Below are positions 23,553 through 34,904 of a stretch of DNA of 64,000 nucleotides, in pieces. This DNA comes from Emiliania huxleyi CCMP1516 (taxonomy: Eukaryota). The notes under the pieces are model-generated. The model did not search any database, was not told the origin of the DNA, and saw only the letters and a program-made list of their open reading frames with translations. The position numbers and the translations under genes were made by a program. Each line of letters starts with the position of its first letter. The stretch's first letter is position 1. Location of the stretch: positions 2,345,791 to 2,409,790 of the forward strand of contig NW_005202428.1 of NCBI RefSeq assembly GCF_000372725.1. The letters are read 5' to 3'.

Positions 23553-24380
23553 ACGTGGTGGTGGCGGCGGTGGTGGTGGGTGGTGGTGAGACCTGCGCGA
23601 GGGCCTCTGCCGAGTTTCCTCTTGCCGCCGAGCGAGAGGCGAGCGTGGAGAGGAAGCGGAAGAGGCGGTGGAGGACGGTCTGAGTCGACTCTGGCATTCC
23701 GCCGAGCGTGTCGCGCACCTTGCAGCGGGAAGACACGCGCGTCGGTGTGTGCGCACAGGACCGAGCAGTGGGTCCGGCGCATCGCCACTCACACAACCAC
23801 CGGGGATGCGTGTCCTTCTCAGTGCTTGCTGGAACAGAGGGATCTATTTCCGCATCCAGGGGACGCACTGAGGCGACACGCTCGCCGTACGGCTCGATGT
23901 CGACCGCCGCGCAGAGCGCCTCGTAGTGAGGAGGTCCGACCAGCGGCTCGGGTAGCGAGCGGATGTAGGCAGCGAGCGAAGCGGCGGCGAGCTGCGCCGA
24001 GCCGCGGCAGACGGCGGCCACGTCTCTCGTGCGGCCGCTGCTCAGCGAGCCAATCACGTCGTTGAGCTCCCTGCAAGCGCGCGTGTGGGCGCGATCAGCC
24101 GCCGTCCCCTCAACCCGGCGGCAGAGGTGTGGCGGCGGCGAAGGCGCTGGCGGCGGTGCGCGAGAAGGAGGAGCGCGGCAGCCGTGAAAAGGGCCGCCGC
24201 TGCCGCGCGGCCGTGCAGGGCGCACCGGACAGTCGGGTCCCCGCCAAAGAGATCGTCCGTGGAGAGCCCGGCCACCTCGAGGTACGAGATGAGGAGCTCG
24301 ACGGCGGCGGGTATCTTCTCACTGTAGACATCTTCGTCCGGCGGCAGCGGTGGCGACTCGTACACGTATTCCTCGCGCAT
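17563..24380 (-). CDS. Large multi-exon scaffold: RhoGAP-like domain, PDZ, Pro-rich region with endocytic motifs, SH3-like barrel, long E/A/R-rich coiled coil
   Basis: RhoGAP fold pattern [49 protein letters not shown] and [13 protein letters not shown] pattern [42 protein letters not shown]. Coiled-coil exons at 17563-20900. The 3' exon structure is uncertain. Confidence 0.7.
22790..23003. repeat. Compound intronic microsatellite (GTGC)n/(GT)n/(GA)n
   Basis: Directly visible. Confidence 0.95.
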
Positions 24381-24658
24381 CGGCCTCGCCTTTAATGGAA
24401 GACAGCGGAACGGACTGTGAGGGCAAGGCTGTGCGAACGGAGTGGGGGACTGGAGATGAATTGTGCCGCGCGCACCAGCGCCGCAGTCGTAGAAGTCTTG
24501 TCTCTGTGTAGAGCTCTACAGGTACTCCTTTCGAAAAGAGAAAACGCGGCGCTTCTTTCTTCAAACCGAGGCAAGCCTTCGGGGTCACTCCTCCTCGCAA
24601 ACCCTGCCAGCTTTCCACCTCGGCTATGTTCGTATCTTCAAAAGAGCCACGTGCACAC

Positions 24659-24789
24659 CGCGTCGAACTCATCGGCGCGGGCTCTCTCGGCTAGGGGACC
24701 GCCCCAGCTTCGGCTGAGGGCTGACAAGCTGCCGAGCCCAAATCACTGTGACAGTCGTGATTTCTTGTTGGTTCTCAAATATCTCTCTC
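24659..24789 (+). mobile_element. Family B retroelement 3' end (5'-truncated, CT tail)
   Basis: Matches 31970-32097 and 40866-41048. Flanked by the direct repeat CGTGCACAC at 24650-24658 and 24790-24798. Confidence 0.75.
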
Positions 24790-24867
24790 CGTGCACACTG
24801 CGTGCACATACATTAGAAGAGAAGAAGAAAATCCACTCTCACAGTGATTCGGGCTCTACATTGGAGA

Positions 24868-25034
24868 AGAAAGAAAGAAAGAAAAGAAAACAGACCACAA
24901 GGATGGGAGGATGGCACGCCGCCACCACACAGGGATTTTAAGGAGAGGGGTGTGATGCGCTAGCCGTCGCCCACCCTTGGGCGTCCGCCTCTTCCTATCT
25001 CTCTTCGCAGTCTCTCGCAGATTCTCGCTGCGAC
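24868..25034 (-). mobile_element. Family A non-LTR retrotransposon 3' end (167 bp, TTTC tail)
   Basis: Reverse complement of about 52868-53030. A 12-bp target-site duplication CTACATTGGAGA lies at 24856-24867 and 25035-25046. Confidence 0.85.
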
Positions 25035-25211
25035 CTACATTGGAGAGAGAGAGAGAGAGTGCGGGCATTGGAATTCTTGTGTAGACACTTCCTCTTGTGT
25101 GCGCGTCCGTCCCCGCCGTGCCGTTGCGCTCTCGACCCACAATCCGCAGCGAGTCCGCCCGTCCTCGCCCGTCCCGCCACGCCTGCGTTGGCCGACAAAA
25201 CGCTCGCCGAA

Positions 25212-27607
25212 ATGGCGAGCAGCAGCTTTGTCAGCAGATGCTGCACAGCATACACGGTCAGCGGGGCCGGTTATATGAGCCGGATCGAGGGCACCTACCT
25301 GAGGACGTCAGACGATCGGTACACAAAGGCCTCGGACAGCACCTTTTACCTCCACCGCATGGACAGTGGCGAGTGGAGCCTTGTGCGGAGCAAAAGCGGC
25401 AATACGTACACCTGCGCTTGGACGGGCAGCTCAACGGATGAGTGCCCATCCTCATCCGGGTGGCTTGTCCAGTTCGGTGCCACGAACGAGTACCTTCCCG
25501 GAATGACTCCGGAAGAGTGGCCCTCTATGTCGGATTCGCTCGCCATAGATTGCGGCGCTCCGCCGGCCTCTTCCCCGCTGCCGCTCTCGCCCTCTCCCAC
25601 GCCGCTCTCGCCCTCTCCCACGCCGCCAGCCTCAAGGGAGCTCGCGTCGCAGACTCTGCTGCCGTCCGATCTCAAAGGACGGGCAACGGCCGATCAGCCA
25701 CTTGCTTGCCTGGCCTGCGACGCGGGAGGCGACTCGGGCGGGGCGGCGCTTGTCGACGGGCGGTGCATGGAGTGGTGCAGTGAATGGGGCTATTGCGGCA
25801 CCACCGTCGACTATCAGGACATCGACTGCCGCGGCTGGAGACCATCACCGCCGCCGCCACCAGAGTGCCCAGCGTGGTGCCCCGGCGGAATGGGCTGGGA
25901 GACCGCCTGCCAACTTGAGAATGGCTCATGCGCAGCCTGCACCGTCGAATGCAACACCCCGCCACCCTCGCCGCCACCCTCACCGCCGCCGTCGCCAGTT
26001 CCGATGCCGCCACCGTCGCCCCTGCAGTCGCCACTGCCGTTGCCTCCGCCGCTGCCACTGACCCAACCGCCCTCGCCACTGCCGCTGCTACCACCCTCAC
26101 CCTCGCCACTGCCGCTGCCACCACCCTCACCCTCGCCACCGCCGCCCTCTCCAGCGCCGCTGCCGCCGCCTTCGCCTCTACCGCCGCCGCCGCCCTCGCC
26201 CTCGCCACCACCCTCGCCCTCGCCACCGCCGCCCTCGCCCTAGCCACCACCTTCGCCCTCGCCACCGCCGCCCTCACCCTCGCCACCGCCGCCCTTGCCC
26301 TTGCCACCGCCGCCCTCGCCCCCACCCTCACTGCCACCACCACCGCCACGGCCGCCGCCGCCGCCGCCGCCGTCACCAGCCCTGCCGACGCCGCCGCCGC
26401 CGCCGCCGCTGACGCCGCCGCTCCCGCCACCGCCGCTGCCGCCGCCTTCGCCTCCGCCCCCGCCGCCTCCGCCCCCGCCGCCTCCGCCCCCGCCGCCTCC
26501 GCCCCCGCCGCCTCCGCCCCCGCCGCCTCCGCCCCCGCCGCCGCCACCACCTCCACTATCGCCGCCGCCTCCGCCTCTGTCGCCCTCACCGTACCCGCCG
26601 CCGCCGCCATTGACGACCGCGCTAAACGAACCCGCCAAGGCTGGAGATAAGACGGTCCGCCTGGAGGAGGGCGTCTTCGAGCCGGGAGACGAGGTCCGGA
26701 TCGACGAGGGCGACTCAGCCGAGCGAAATGCGATCGTGTCGATAGAGCCGAATGTGCACGCCCGAATTCTGACGCTCGAGCCCCTGAAGATGCAGGAGGG
26801 CCTCCTCTCGGAGGCCAACACTGCCACGCTGAAAGCCCCGCTCGCCGCCAGCCACCCGGTGGGGACGGCTGTCATGAAGGTGACGCGCAACGCTGCGCCG
26901 ATTGAAGTGGACCCGGAAGGGGGGGGCATGGCGGGGGTGATTGCAGGTGCCGCAGGCGGCGCCGTGGCCGTCATCGGGGCGGCCATCGCCGGCGTGATGT
27001 GGCACAGGCGGCGGACTGAGCAGAAGAGGCAGGAGCGGATGATGAAGACGCACGGGCAGACCAAGGTGTCGAGTTGCGGGGTCCGATAGACGATGCAGTA
27101 GCGTGTGGAGATGTGTGCCTCACAACGCCCGTACCCGACCAGGTGTGGGTCAAGGACCCGGCGCAACCTCTCGGCGGCCTGCGGACGACCGACATGCCTC
27201 TCTCCTCGCGCGCGACCTCGATCCGAACGACGTCGATCAGACGGGCGCAGGCAGCGAGTCTCGCCTCTGTCGACGTCCACAGCAGCCAGGCGTCCTTCCC
27301 GATCCGCCCCGCTCCTTCATGCGCGTCGCAATCCTCACAGCAGCTGGAGAGCCAGACGTCCTTCCCCCTCCGCCCCTCGGCGCCAGCCCCGGCAGCCTCG
27401 TGTTGCAGCTCCATGGAGCAAGCGCCACTAGAGCTGCAACACATCAGAGGGGAGACACCGCGCGACCAACTCGGTCCGCTACGACCCTCGACCGCCTCGA
27501 CCGCCTCCCGAGCCTCGCGGGACCCCACCGACGGTAGCGACACGAGTGACCTGGCATCGCGATCCAACTCGATTCGGCTTGGAGGGAATCTACACCAGAC
27601 GATGTGA
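25212..27607 (+). CDS. Extensin-like type I membrane protein with Cys-rich (hevein-like, CBM10-like) modules; in-frame TAG at 26241
   Basis: Has WCSEWGYCGTTVDY, CPAWC..W...C....C..C..C, long SPPP tracts and the TM GMAGVIAGAAGGAVAVIGAAIAGVMW followed by HRRR. ORFs 25059 and 26295 are in the same frame. A GT-AG intron lies at about 27066-27142. The true start is uncertain. Confidence 0.65.
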
Positions 27608-28041
27608 GTTGCCCTCGGCTCTCTTACTCCCTGTGCAAGCGCTCCGAGTAGTTAATTATCCATGTACCTTAAGGTGTACCGTGTTAGAGGTTAGAGCCGT
27701 AACGGCTAACGCGTAAGTGCTAAACACAGTGTGATATACACCTGATACACGTTTCACAGCGGGGGTCGCCAGAGCCAGACCTCCAGAGAGTCCGCAGTCG
27801 GAGACGGAGTCGCAGTCCGCCGCGGAAAGCGAGAGGTTGCTTTTCCATGTTTCGTCTAACGGTGGAAATAGGATTCCCCGCTGCTCGCGCAAATCTCCCG
27901 CTTAACCCACCTGTAACATTACACTAAGGAGAATTGCTGTGCTCTTTTGCTTTCTCTAACGTATCACAATGCTGCTCTTGCCTCTATACGGCTTTACACG
28001 AGATAGTAGACGGAAGGCATTCAACCCCAACAGGGACACCC

Positions 28042-29383
28042 TTACGCAGCCCTGGCCCCCGGGTCGATTCGGAGCACCCGATCGGCCTGCTGCGGCATGG
28101 CGTATATGACGCCACTCGGCGCAATCACACCGCCCTCCCACTTCTCGGGGGAGGCGCCGCACGAGTCGCCGCCCGAGAGTCGCAGCGTCGTCACCTCGAA
28201 GCTTGGCGAGATGCGCAGCACGGCCGGCGCGTTGCAGGGCAGGCCGTAGATGGCGTTGTCGCGGCCGAGGAAGCCGTTCTGCCACTTGTTGCCTCCCGGG
28301 TAGCTCGGGCCGATCAGGCTCACCTGCTCGTCCTCGGGCACGCCCGGCGCGCAGCAGATGTGGAGGGTCCGCCCCGTGTCTGAGGGAAAGCAGACCACGT
28401 CGCCGTTGGCCGCGGTGCAAGCGCCGCCCCACTTGTACTTTGTGTCGGGCAGCACCATCCCAATCTCGCGCACCTGTGAGATGGCACGTGCACGTCTCTC
28501 ACCAGGCAGCAACCTGCATCTCTCACGCCAACTCTCGGCCCACCTCGTCGCTCCCGACCACAATCTTGAGCACCCGCCGCGCGTGCGCAGGCACCCCGTA
28601 GATGTTCCCGTCGCCGCCGACCGCGGCGCCGTGCCACTTCCAGCCGCCGCCCGGCAGATTGCCTAGTAGGGTGCCCGTCTCGCTGGCCGGGTCGAACTTG
28701 AGAACCTGCAGGACGGTGCACAGGCGGGTCACGTCTGGAGGGAGGTCTCGCTCGCTGGGTCAGGCTCGGAGCACCGCCGAGGCGCAGTTTGGCACGTTGT
28801 ACATGCAGCCGTCCTTGCCGAGCAGCGAGCCGTACCACTTCTGCTTGCCCGGCCACGGCCCGCCCACCAGGCTCACCTCGCCGCTCGCCGGGGCGATCTT
28901 GAGCACCCTGTCCGCGTTGCACGGGCAGCAGTAGAGGCTGCCGTTGGCGGCTCGGACACCGCCGTGCCACTTCCAGTGGCCTTGCAGCGCGTCGGGGTCG
29001 CCGAGCAGATCGATGCCGCCCGCGCGGTCGATGCGGAGCACCTGGTTGCCGTTGGACGGCACGCCGAACGTGTCGCCCGTCTCTGGGTCGAGCGCGCCGC
29101 GCAGCCACTTGAATTTTCCGCCGCGGATGGCCGAGAGGCCGCGCAGGTCGCCGAGTCGCGTCACCTCGTCCGTGCGCGGGTCCACCTTGAGGACGCACTT
29201 GGCGCTGCCCGGCACGCCATAGATGCAGCCGTCCGCCGCCAGCTCGCCGCCGAGCCACTTGTCGATGCCGGGGTGGCTCCCACCAATCAGCTCGACCGTC
29301 GCCCCATACGCTGACGGGCACTCGGCGGCGGGCGCAGCGGCATTGCTCTCGGGCGGCGGCTGCGGGTCAGAGCGGCAGGGCAT
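28042..29383 (-). CDS. Beta-propeller protein with eight KW-x-G...IY-x-x-P...VLKIDP repeats (3 exons)
   Basis: Eight repeats of about 48 aa, from DKWLGGELAADGCIYGVPGSAKCVLKVDP to EKWEGGVIAPSGVIYAMPQQADRVLRIDP. Confidence 0.8.
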
Positions 29384-29551
29384 GGCTAAAGGCAAAGGCA
29401 CGGGAGGATTTGGCTATTTGCCTCATGGGTGCCGCAGTCACAATCCTGCAACATGCCTCCGATCGTGAGCAGTTCAGCTCGCAATCCTACATCTCGTAGG
29501 ACTATGAGCGGCTGCGCTCACAATCGTACCAAAGATCCAGAGAGAGATTTT

Positions 29552-29624
29552 CAATACCACAACTCTAACACTCACACGTCATTTGGGGCCTGGAGCCTGT
29601 TCACGCGCGCGCGAGACGTGCAGA
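29552..29624. repeat. Family D dispersed repeat (inverted copy at 32113-32192)
   Basis: CAATACC...GGGGCCTGGAGCCTGTTCACGCGCGCGCGAGACGTGCAGA matches the reverse complement of 32113-32192 with small indels. Confidence 0.85.
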
Positions 29625-30043
29625 TCCAAGCATGGCTAGCGCAACGAGGGCGCCCCCCAATCGCTCCAGCCGCGAGCGCCTGTGAGCGCGCCGCCGGGAG
29701 GGTCTCCTCACAATTCAAGGAGGGGCTCTTGCGCAGAGTTGAAAAAGAAATTAAGCGGTGCTTTCAGAAAAAGATCGAAAAGAATTCAATTAGGCGCGCA
29801 CAGGGGCGAAAGCGTGTGAGACGAAGCAGATTGCCTTGCATCTACTAACCCGCATCCAGGCTCCTCCCCTCATCCCCCACCTTATCTGACGTCCTTGCCC
29901 CCTAGCACACGCACGCGCCACCACACGAGTGCTGCCAGCACGCGAAAGCCTGGTTGTGCGGTTCGCGGTGCAAAACGGGCGCAAAGGCTTCCGACCATCG
30001 CGTACCTGCACTTGCCTGCACTCCTCCCGCAGGCGCTCGGAAA

Positions 30044-30390
30044 ATGGCCCTCTTCATGCTCGCCGGCTCCGCTGAGGCACGTCTCCCTCCCGTGGTGCGA
30101 TATAGCCCCTCTCCTTGCTGAGGCCTCAGCCTCTCCGCGCTCAGGCGCTCCTTTGCCCGCCGGTTGTCCACCGCCCCACCGTGTCTCGCCGCGCGAGCGA
30201 GTTTGTGATGATGCCCAAATTCATCAAGGATCTCTTCGGCGGCGACAAACCCGAGGCGGGCGACAACCCGTTCGAGACTTTCATCAACATGGTGCAGGGC
30301 AAGACGGAGAAGAAGGCCGAGGAGGCCAAGGCGGCGGAGGCGCCGGCATCAGAGGGCGAGCCCGCCGACGAGCCCGCCGCCGCCGAGTAG
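30044..30390 (+). CDS. Small acidic protein, probably plastid-targeted
   Basis: A transit-like R/P/S-rich leader ends RASEFVM, followed by MPKFIKDLFGGDK...EPAAAE*. The 5' exon (ATG 30044) is in another frame, so the start and splice are uncertain. Confidence 0.5.
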
Positions 30391-30691
30391 TGTGGTTTTG
30401 GCGGCCTTAAATGCCACACAGCGACCTGTCCATGCTGCCAAACGAGGCCAACAGCGGGCAGTCGTACCCCGTACCGCAGCCGTTCGAGTGCATGCACGGC
30501 GATCCCTGCACCCTGGCCGTGTCGAGTACCGAGTCTGCGAGGCGCACCAGCGTCCGCGGCCCAACCCCCCCATGGAGCATAGGCTGTGCACACTCTCCAT
30601 GGGGCCATGTTTAGTTGTGAGAAAGGAGAAATTTTGTGCAAGCTTGTTTGAGCAGCTGCGCGCCCGCCGTGCGCCGCGGCCCCTGTGTGCA

Positions 30692-31238
30692 TCAAACGTT
30701 AACTTTGGGCCTAACAGTTGCACTATTGTTGGCTAAAATCCTCAACGTTGTTCAAGTGTTCTCCCCAGCCCAAGCTGTTACTGTTTGTTACTGTTGTTAC
30801 TGTTGCTCACGCTATCCTGTGCAGTCAGGGCAAGTGGGGGCGCGGGGGGGTGGAGTGCCCAGCGTCTTTACACGTTTACCCTGGGATTTCTCTGCCCAGT
30901 CCGGGGGTGCGTCGAACCTTCCATCACCCTGGGAACGTCCGGGTGTTGGAAGATTACTTTTTGTTACTGTTGTTCAGTGGTCAGCAAGCAGAAAATGCCA
31001 AAAAAAACCCGGGTAAACCCCGAAAATACCTGGGGTTTCCCGGGTATTTTCGGGTATTACCCGCAGCCGCACTGGACGCTGGAGATCGTCGTGGGTCACT
31101 GCCAGGCCTTCCTTATTGTTGTTCAGCCGGCCTAACGTTAGCTACTGTTGTTGGGGAGCCCCACTGTTGTTCTGTTGTTTGTTACTGTTAACACTAAGCA
31201 ACACTGTTCAGCTCTTATGTTAACGTTTGACAACCCTA
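30692..31238. mobile_element. MITE-like non-autonomous DNA element (hAT-like end)
   Basis: Inverted repeat TCAAACGTTAAC / GTTAACGTTTGA. The right end reads TAGGGTTG on the minus strand. Internal TGTTACTGTT repeats and a palindromic CCCGGG..AAAATACC core. Confidence 0.55.
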
Positions 31239-31687
31239 CTGTGCAGTACCCAGTAGCTACGACTACGAGGAGTTGTCAGCAGATCTTGAGCAAGCGGGAA
31301 CCCCGAGGATTCGGTGTCGCTCCTCATCGCAAACCCTGTCAGCAGTCCACCCTCAGGTATGTTGGTAAGAGCCGTACCTGCTTCGTGCTTGCGCACAAAT
31401 AGACCAGCTCACCCCACCGGCACCGCGCGAGCCGACTTGGACTTCTCGCCTTGGCCTTCCTTTGGGCGAAACTTTCTTTCTTCGCGCCTGTGCATTCGTT
31501 TTTGGAACACTTCAAATTGTGTATTGTCAGTGCCAGTGCGCGCCGTGGCACACTATGACTCCCGTGCCTAGAGAGAGTAGAGTAGAAAGAAAGAAAGAAC
31601 ACAGGCGCCCAACCAAGGGCCTAGTGAAGTGAGAGTCGAATGAAACATTCTTTTTTCGCCCCACACTCTCTCACAACTGTGGTGTAA

Positions 31688-31813
31688 CTTGAGCACTTAC
31701 TTGATTGAGCACTGGAAAGGGTCGATTCCGCGTTGTACGGGACCCCTCGATCGTCTCGCCCTCCCTCACTGGTGTGTTCATGGGGGGGGGGGGGGGGGGT
31801 CATAACAAACACG
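31688..31813 (-). mobile_element. Family C retroelement-like 3' end (AAGTGCTC tail)
   Basis: Reverse complement of 62101-62209. A shorter copy lies at 53278-53332. Confidence 0.7.
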
Positions 31814-31969
31814 GAGAGAAATCGCCTCCCTCTCCTCCAGGCATTCGTGGCATCCTATGCCGCTATGGGTCGTCCAGAGTATCGACCTCTGGCTTGTCAG
31901 CCGCCCCACCGAGGGCACCATGAAGTACAGCGATCGCCACCTCGCTGGCCTCTCCGCAAGGCCCCCCGA

Positions 31970-32097
31970 CCGCGTCGAACTCATCGGCGCGGGCTCTCTC
32001 GGCTACGGGACCGGCCCCAGCTTCGGCTGAGGGCTAACAAGCTGCCGAGCCCAAATCACTGTGAGAGTCGTGATTTCTTGTTGGTTTCCTAAAATCT
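31970..32097 (+). mobile_element. Family B retroelement 3' end
   Basis: Near-identical to 24659-24789. Confidence 0.75.
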
Positions 32098-32540
32098 CAC
32101 CTGGCAACCCTGTCTGCACGTCTCGCGCGCGCGTGAACAGGGCTCCAGGCCCCAAATGACGTGTGAGTGTTAGTTAGAGTTGTTTGGTATTGCTCGCTCA
32201 TACGGGAGCGCAGCGACCTGAAACGGTCCGTCGACAAATTCGAAACGCCCGCCGAATTCGAAACGTGCGCCGCTCCCGCCGATCTCCCGCTAACGGACCT
32301 TACCCGCCTGTAACCTCTCTTTAAGGTATTGCTAAAAATCTCTCTCTCAAACACGGTTGGTGTAACTAAACAACGAACAGAGAGAGAGAGAGGATTGCCG
32401 TGCGCGCAACTAAACAAATAGAGCACACGTCTCCCGGAGAGACAGATGGGTGACGCACGAAGTGTGTCACACGACGCACGAACAGTGCGCGCCAAGTAAG
32501 TAATAGTAACCAGCAGACATCTCCAGATAGATGGGCGACG

Positions 32541-32810
32541 AGAATCGGAGAAGGACTGCGAAGAGAGATAGGAAGAGGCGGACGCCCAAGGGTGGGCGAC
32601 GGCTAGCGCACCACACCCCTCTCCTTAAAATCCCTGTGTGGTGGCGGCAGCGTGCCGTCCTCCCATCCCTCCCTTGGGTTCGCCGTTTTCTTTCTTTCTT
32701 TTTAGCTGGGCGACGCACGAACCCGAGGCACAGCAGACAGAAAGAAAGAAAACAGACAACCCAAGGGAGGGATGGGAGACGGCACGCCGCCACCACACAG
32801 GGATTTTAAG
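32541..32810. mobile_element. Two family A non-LTR 3' ends, tail to tail (32541-32702 on +, about 32737-32810 on -)
   Basis: Both match the 3' part of 51841-53030. The + copy is flanked by TAGATGGGCGACG (32528-32540) and TAGCTGGGCGACG (32703-32715). Confidence 0.8.
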
Positions 32811-32942
32811 GTAGGTAGGTATATAACTACGTCGGAAAAAATCTTTTCGCGGACTTCTCACCACGCCGAAGCGACACGCCTTAACCGCGAGCTTGTTGCC
32901 TGTGGTAAGGGCGTACGCCCTAACCTGTGGCTCCAAGTTGGC

Positions 32943-34810
32943 ATGTTCTCGCGCTTTTCGCCCAGGATCGCCCGCCGCGCCGCGGGCGCTGTCCTCGGCG
33001 CGGGCGGATGCGTGTGCGCGCATGCCGAGGAGGCCTCCGCTTCCAAGCGCAGGAAGCCGCGAGCTGCCAGCGGCGGCGTCAGCGGCGAGTTCACGGAGCA
33101 GCCGCGAGTTGTGCGCTCGCTCTTCGACCATTCCTTCTTTGGCAAAGAGGTCGATGTTCTCGGCGTTCCGGTTCGGGCGCACGCGTCTGTCTCGGACGCC
33201 GCGGTCGTTGTCGCGGCCGACCGGCTCTCGCGGATGCTTCGGCACATGCCGACCGCCGTGCGCGATCGCCTCGCGCGGAGAGGCGCCTCGTTCCACGTCA
33301 TCGGAATCGGGCAGGGGACGAGCGATCTTCCCGAGCACCGGCACATGAAGGGCGTGGACGGCGGCTATACGGGCGAGAGGGGCGTCACGCTCGACCAGCG
33401 GACGCGCGGGATGGGCGGGGTACAGTCTTCGTGCGGCGAGGAGAACCTGATCGACCTCGACTCGGACCCGCGGTACAAGGGGTGCGACATCCTCACCCAC
33501 GAGTTTGCCCACTGCATCATGGACGTCGGCTTGCCCCCCGCGCTGCAACTCGCCATCCGAGAGACGTTTGACACCGCGGTCTGCGCGCACGGCCGGTGGA
33601 CGCGACCTGACGGCTCTCGCGCCTACGCGGGCTCGAACGCGTCTGAGTACTTCGCAGAGCTGACGATGTGGTACTTTGGCACCCACGGCGAGTTTGTCGA
33701 CCGCGCGAGCTGCACGCCCCCACCCGGACCGGGCGAGACGTAGCCGAGACGTAGCCGAGACGTAGCCGAGATGTGGGCCGCCGAGAAGGCCCGAGGCCCG
33801 AGATGTGGGCCGAGAAGGCTCGCGAGATGAGTGGCGCCGGCGTGAGCGGGAGCAGGCGGTCTCGCGGCGTATGACCCGGAGGGCTTCGCGCTGCTCGCTG
33901 CGATCTACAGCGGCACGCACCCGGCGCTGGCAGACGCAGACCCGCCCTCGACACGGCTCGCCCCGATCGAGGCGGCGGCGCGGGAAGCGGAGCCAGGGCC
34001 TCCGGTCGGCGGACCTTTCCGGGAGCCTTCTCGGAAGCTTCGTGTAGGCGAGTGCGGAGGAGCCGGGCCCGGTCTCGGCCGACGGGGAGGAGGTCTCGCT
34101 TGCCCCGCGTGTGCTGCTTGGGCCCTGCACTCTGCCTGCCTGCCTTGGTGTGGCCTGCCTCGGTGTGGAGATGCGAGGGGCTGCCCTCGCCCTCTGCCCT
34201 TGCCCCGCCACGCTGTGCGTGCGGAGAGGTCCGCCCGCCGGCCTGCCTTCCCAGGTCGAGGGCGAGGTCGTCACTGTCGAGTTCGACAACCGAGGCTGCG
34301 ACTGCGAGTGGAGCCTGTTTTGGATCACACCGCAGGGGGAGCGGCGGCAGCACGGGAGACTAGATGCGCAGGACAGACCCGCGTCTCCCGACTAGCGCTC
34401 GAGAGGACACGTGTTCCAGCGGTCTCAGTCTGTATTCGGTGTAGTCGTAGCCCTTGAGCTCACGTGACGCGGCGAATCCACTGAGTGAGATGGACCGTTG
34501 TGTTGATGGCGCACGTGCACGTGTCAGGTACGGCACGGTGCCCGCCGAGGGGACGCTGCTCCAGCAAACCTTCCCCAGCCACGTCTGGCTGCTCGAGCGC
34601 TCCACCGCCCCTTCGACCCGGCCGCAGCCAGCCAAGCAGCGGCTGCACTACGCTGCACCCCGCGACAAGGTGAAGGTCTGCCTCGCGACCGTGACGGACG
34701 ACGCCGGTTGCCGTGTCCACTTCGCCGACCGGGGACGCGCCTCGCCAGACCCGGAGCTGGGCCGGCCGCCGTCCACGCCCAACGGCACCGTGCCCTCTCG
34801 GCAGCCCTAA
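32943..34810 (+). CDS. Zinc metallopeptidase (HExxH, anthrax-LF/MtfA-like zincin) fused to a VHL beta-domain-like module; multi-exon
   Basis: Peptidase motifs ILTHEFAHCIMD, YAGSNASEYFAE and LAAYDPEGFALL. C-terminal VTVEFDN...LFWITPQGERR..YGTVPAEGTLLQQTFPSHVWLL. Arg/Ser-rich N-terminal leader. Confidence 0.75.
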
Positions 34811-34904
34811 GTGGCTAATGTGAGCTAAAAAAAAGTAACTATCATATGTTTATGTATTAAATTATAATCATATTTGCTGCGCCGCGAGTTTTTTCTCTAG
34901 ACTC

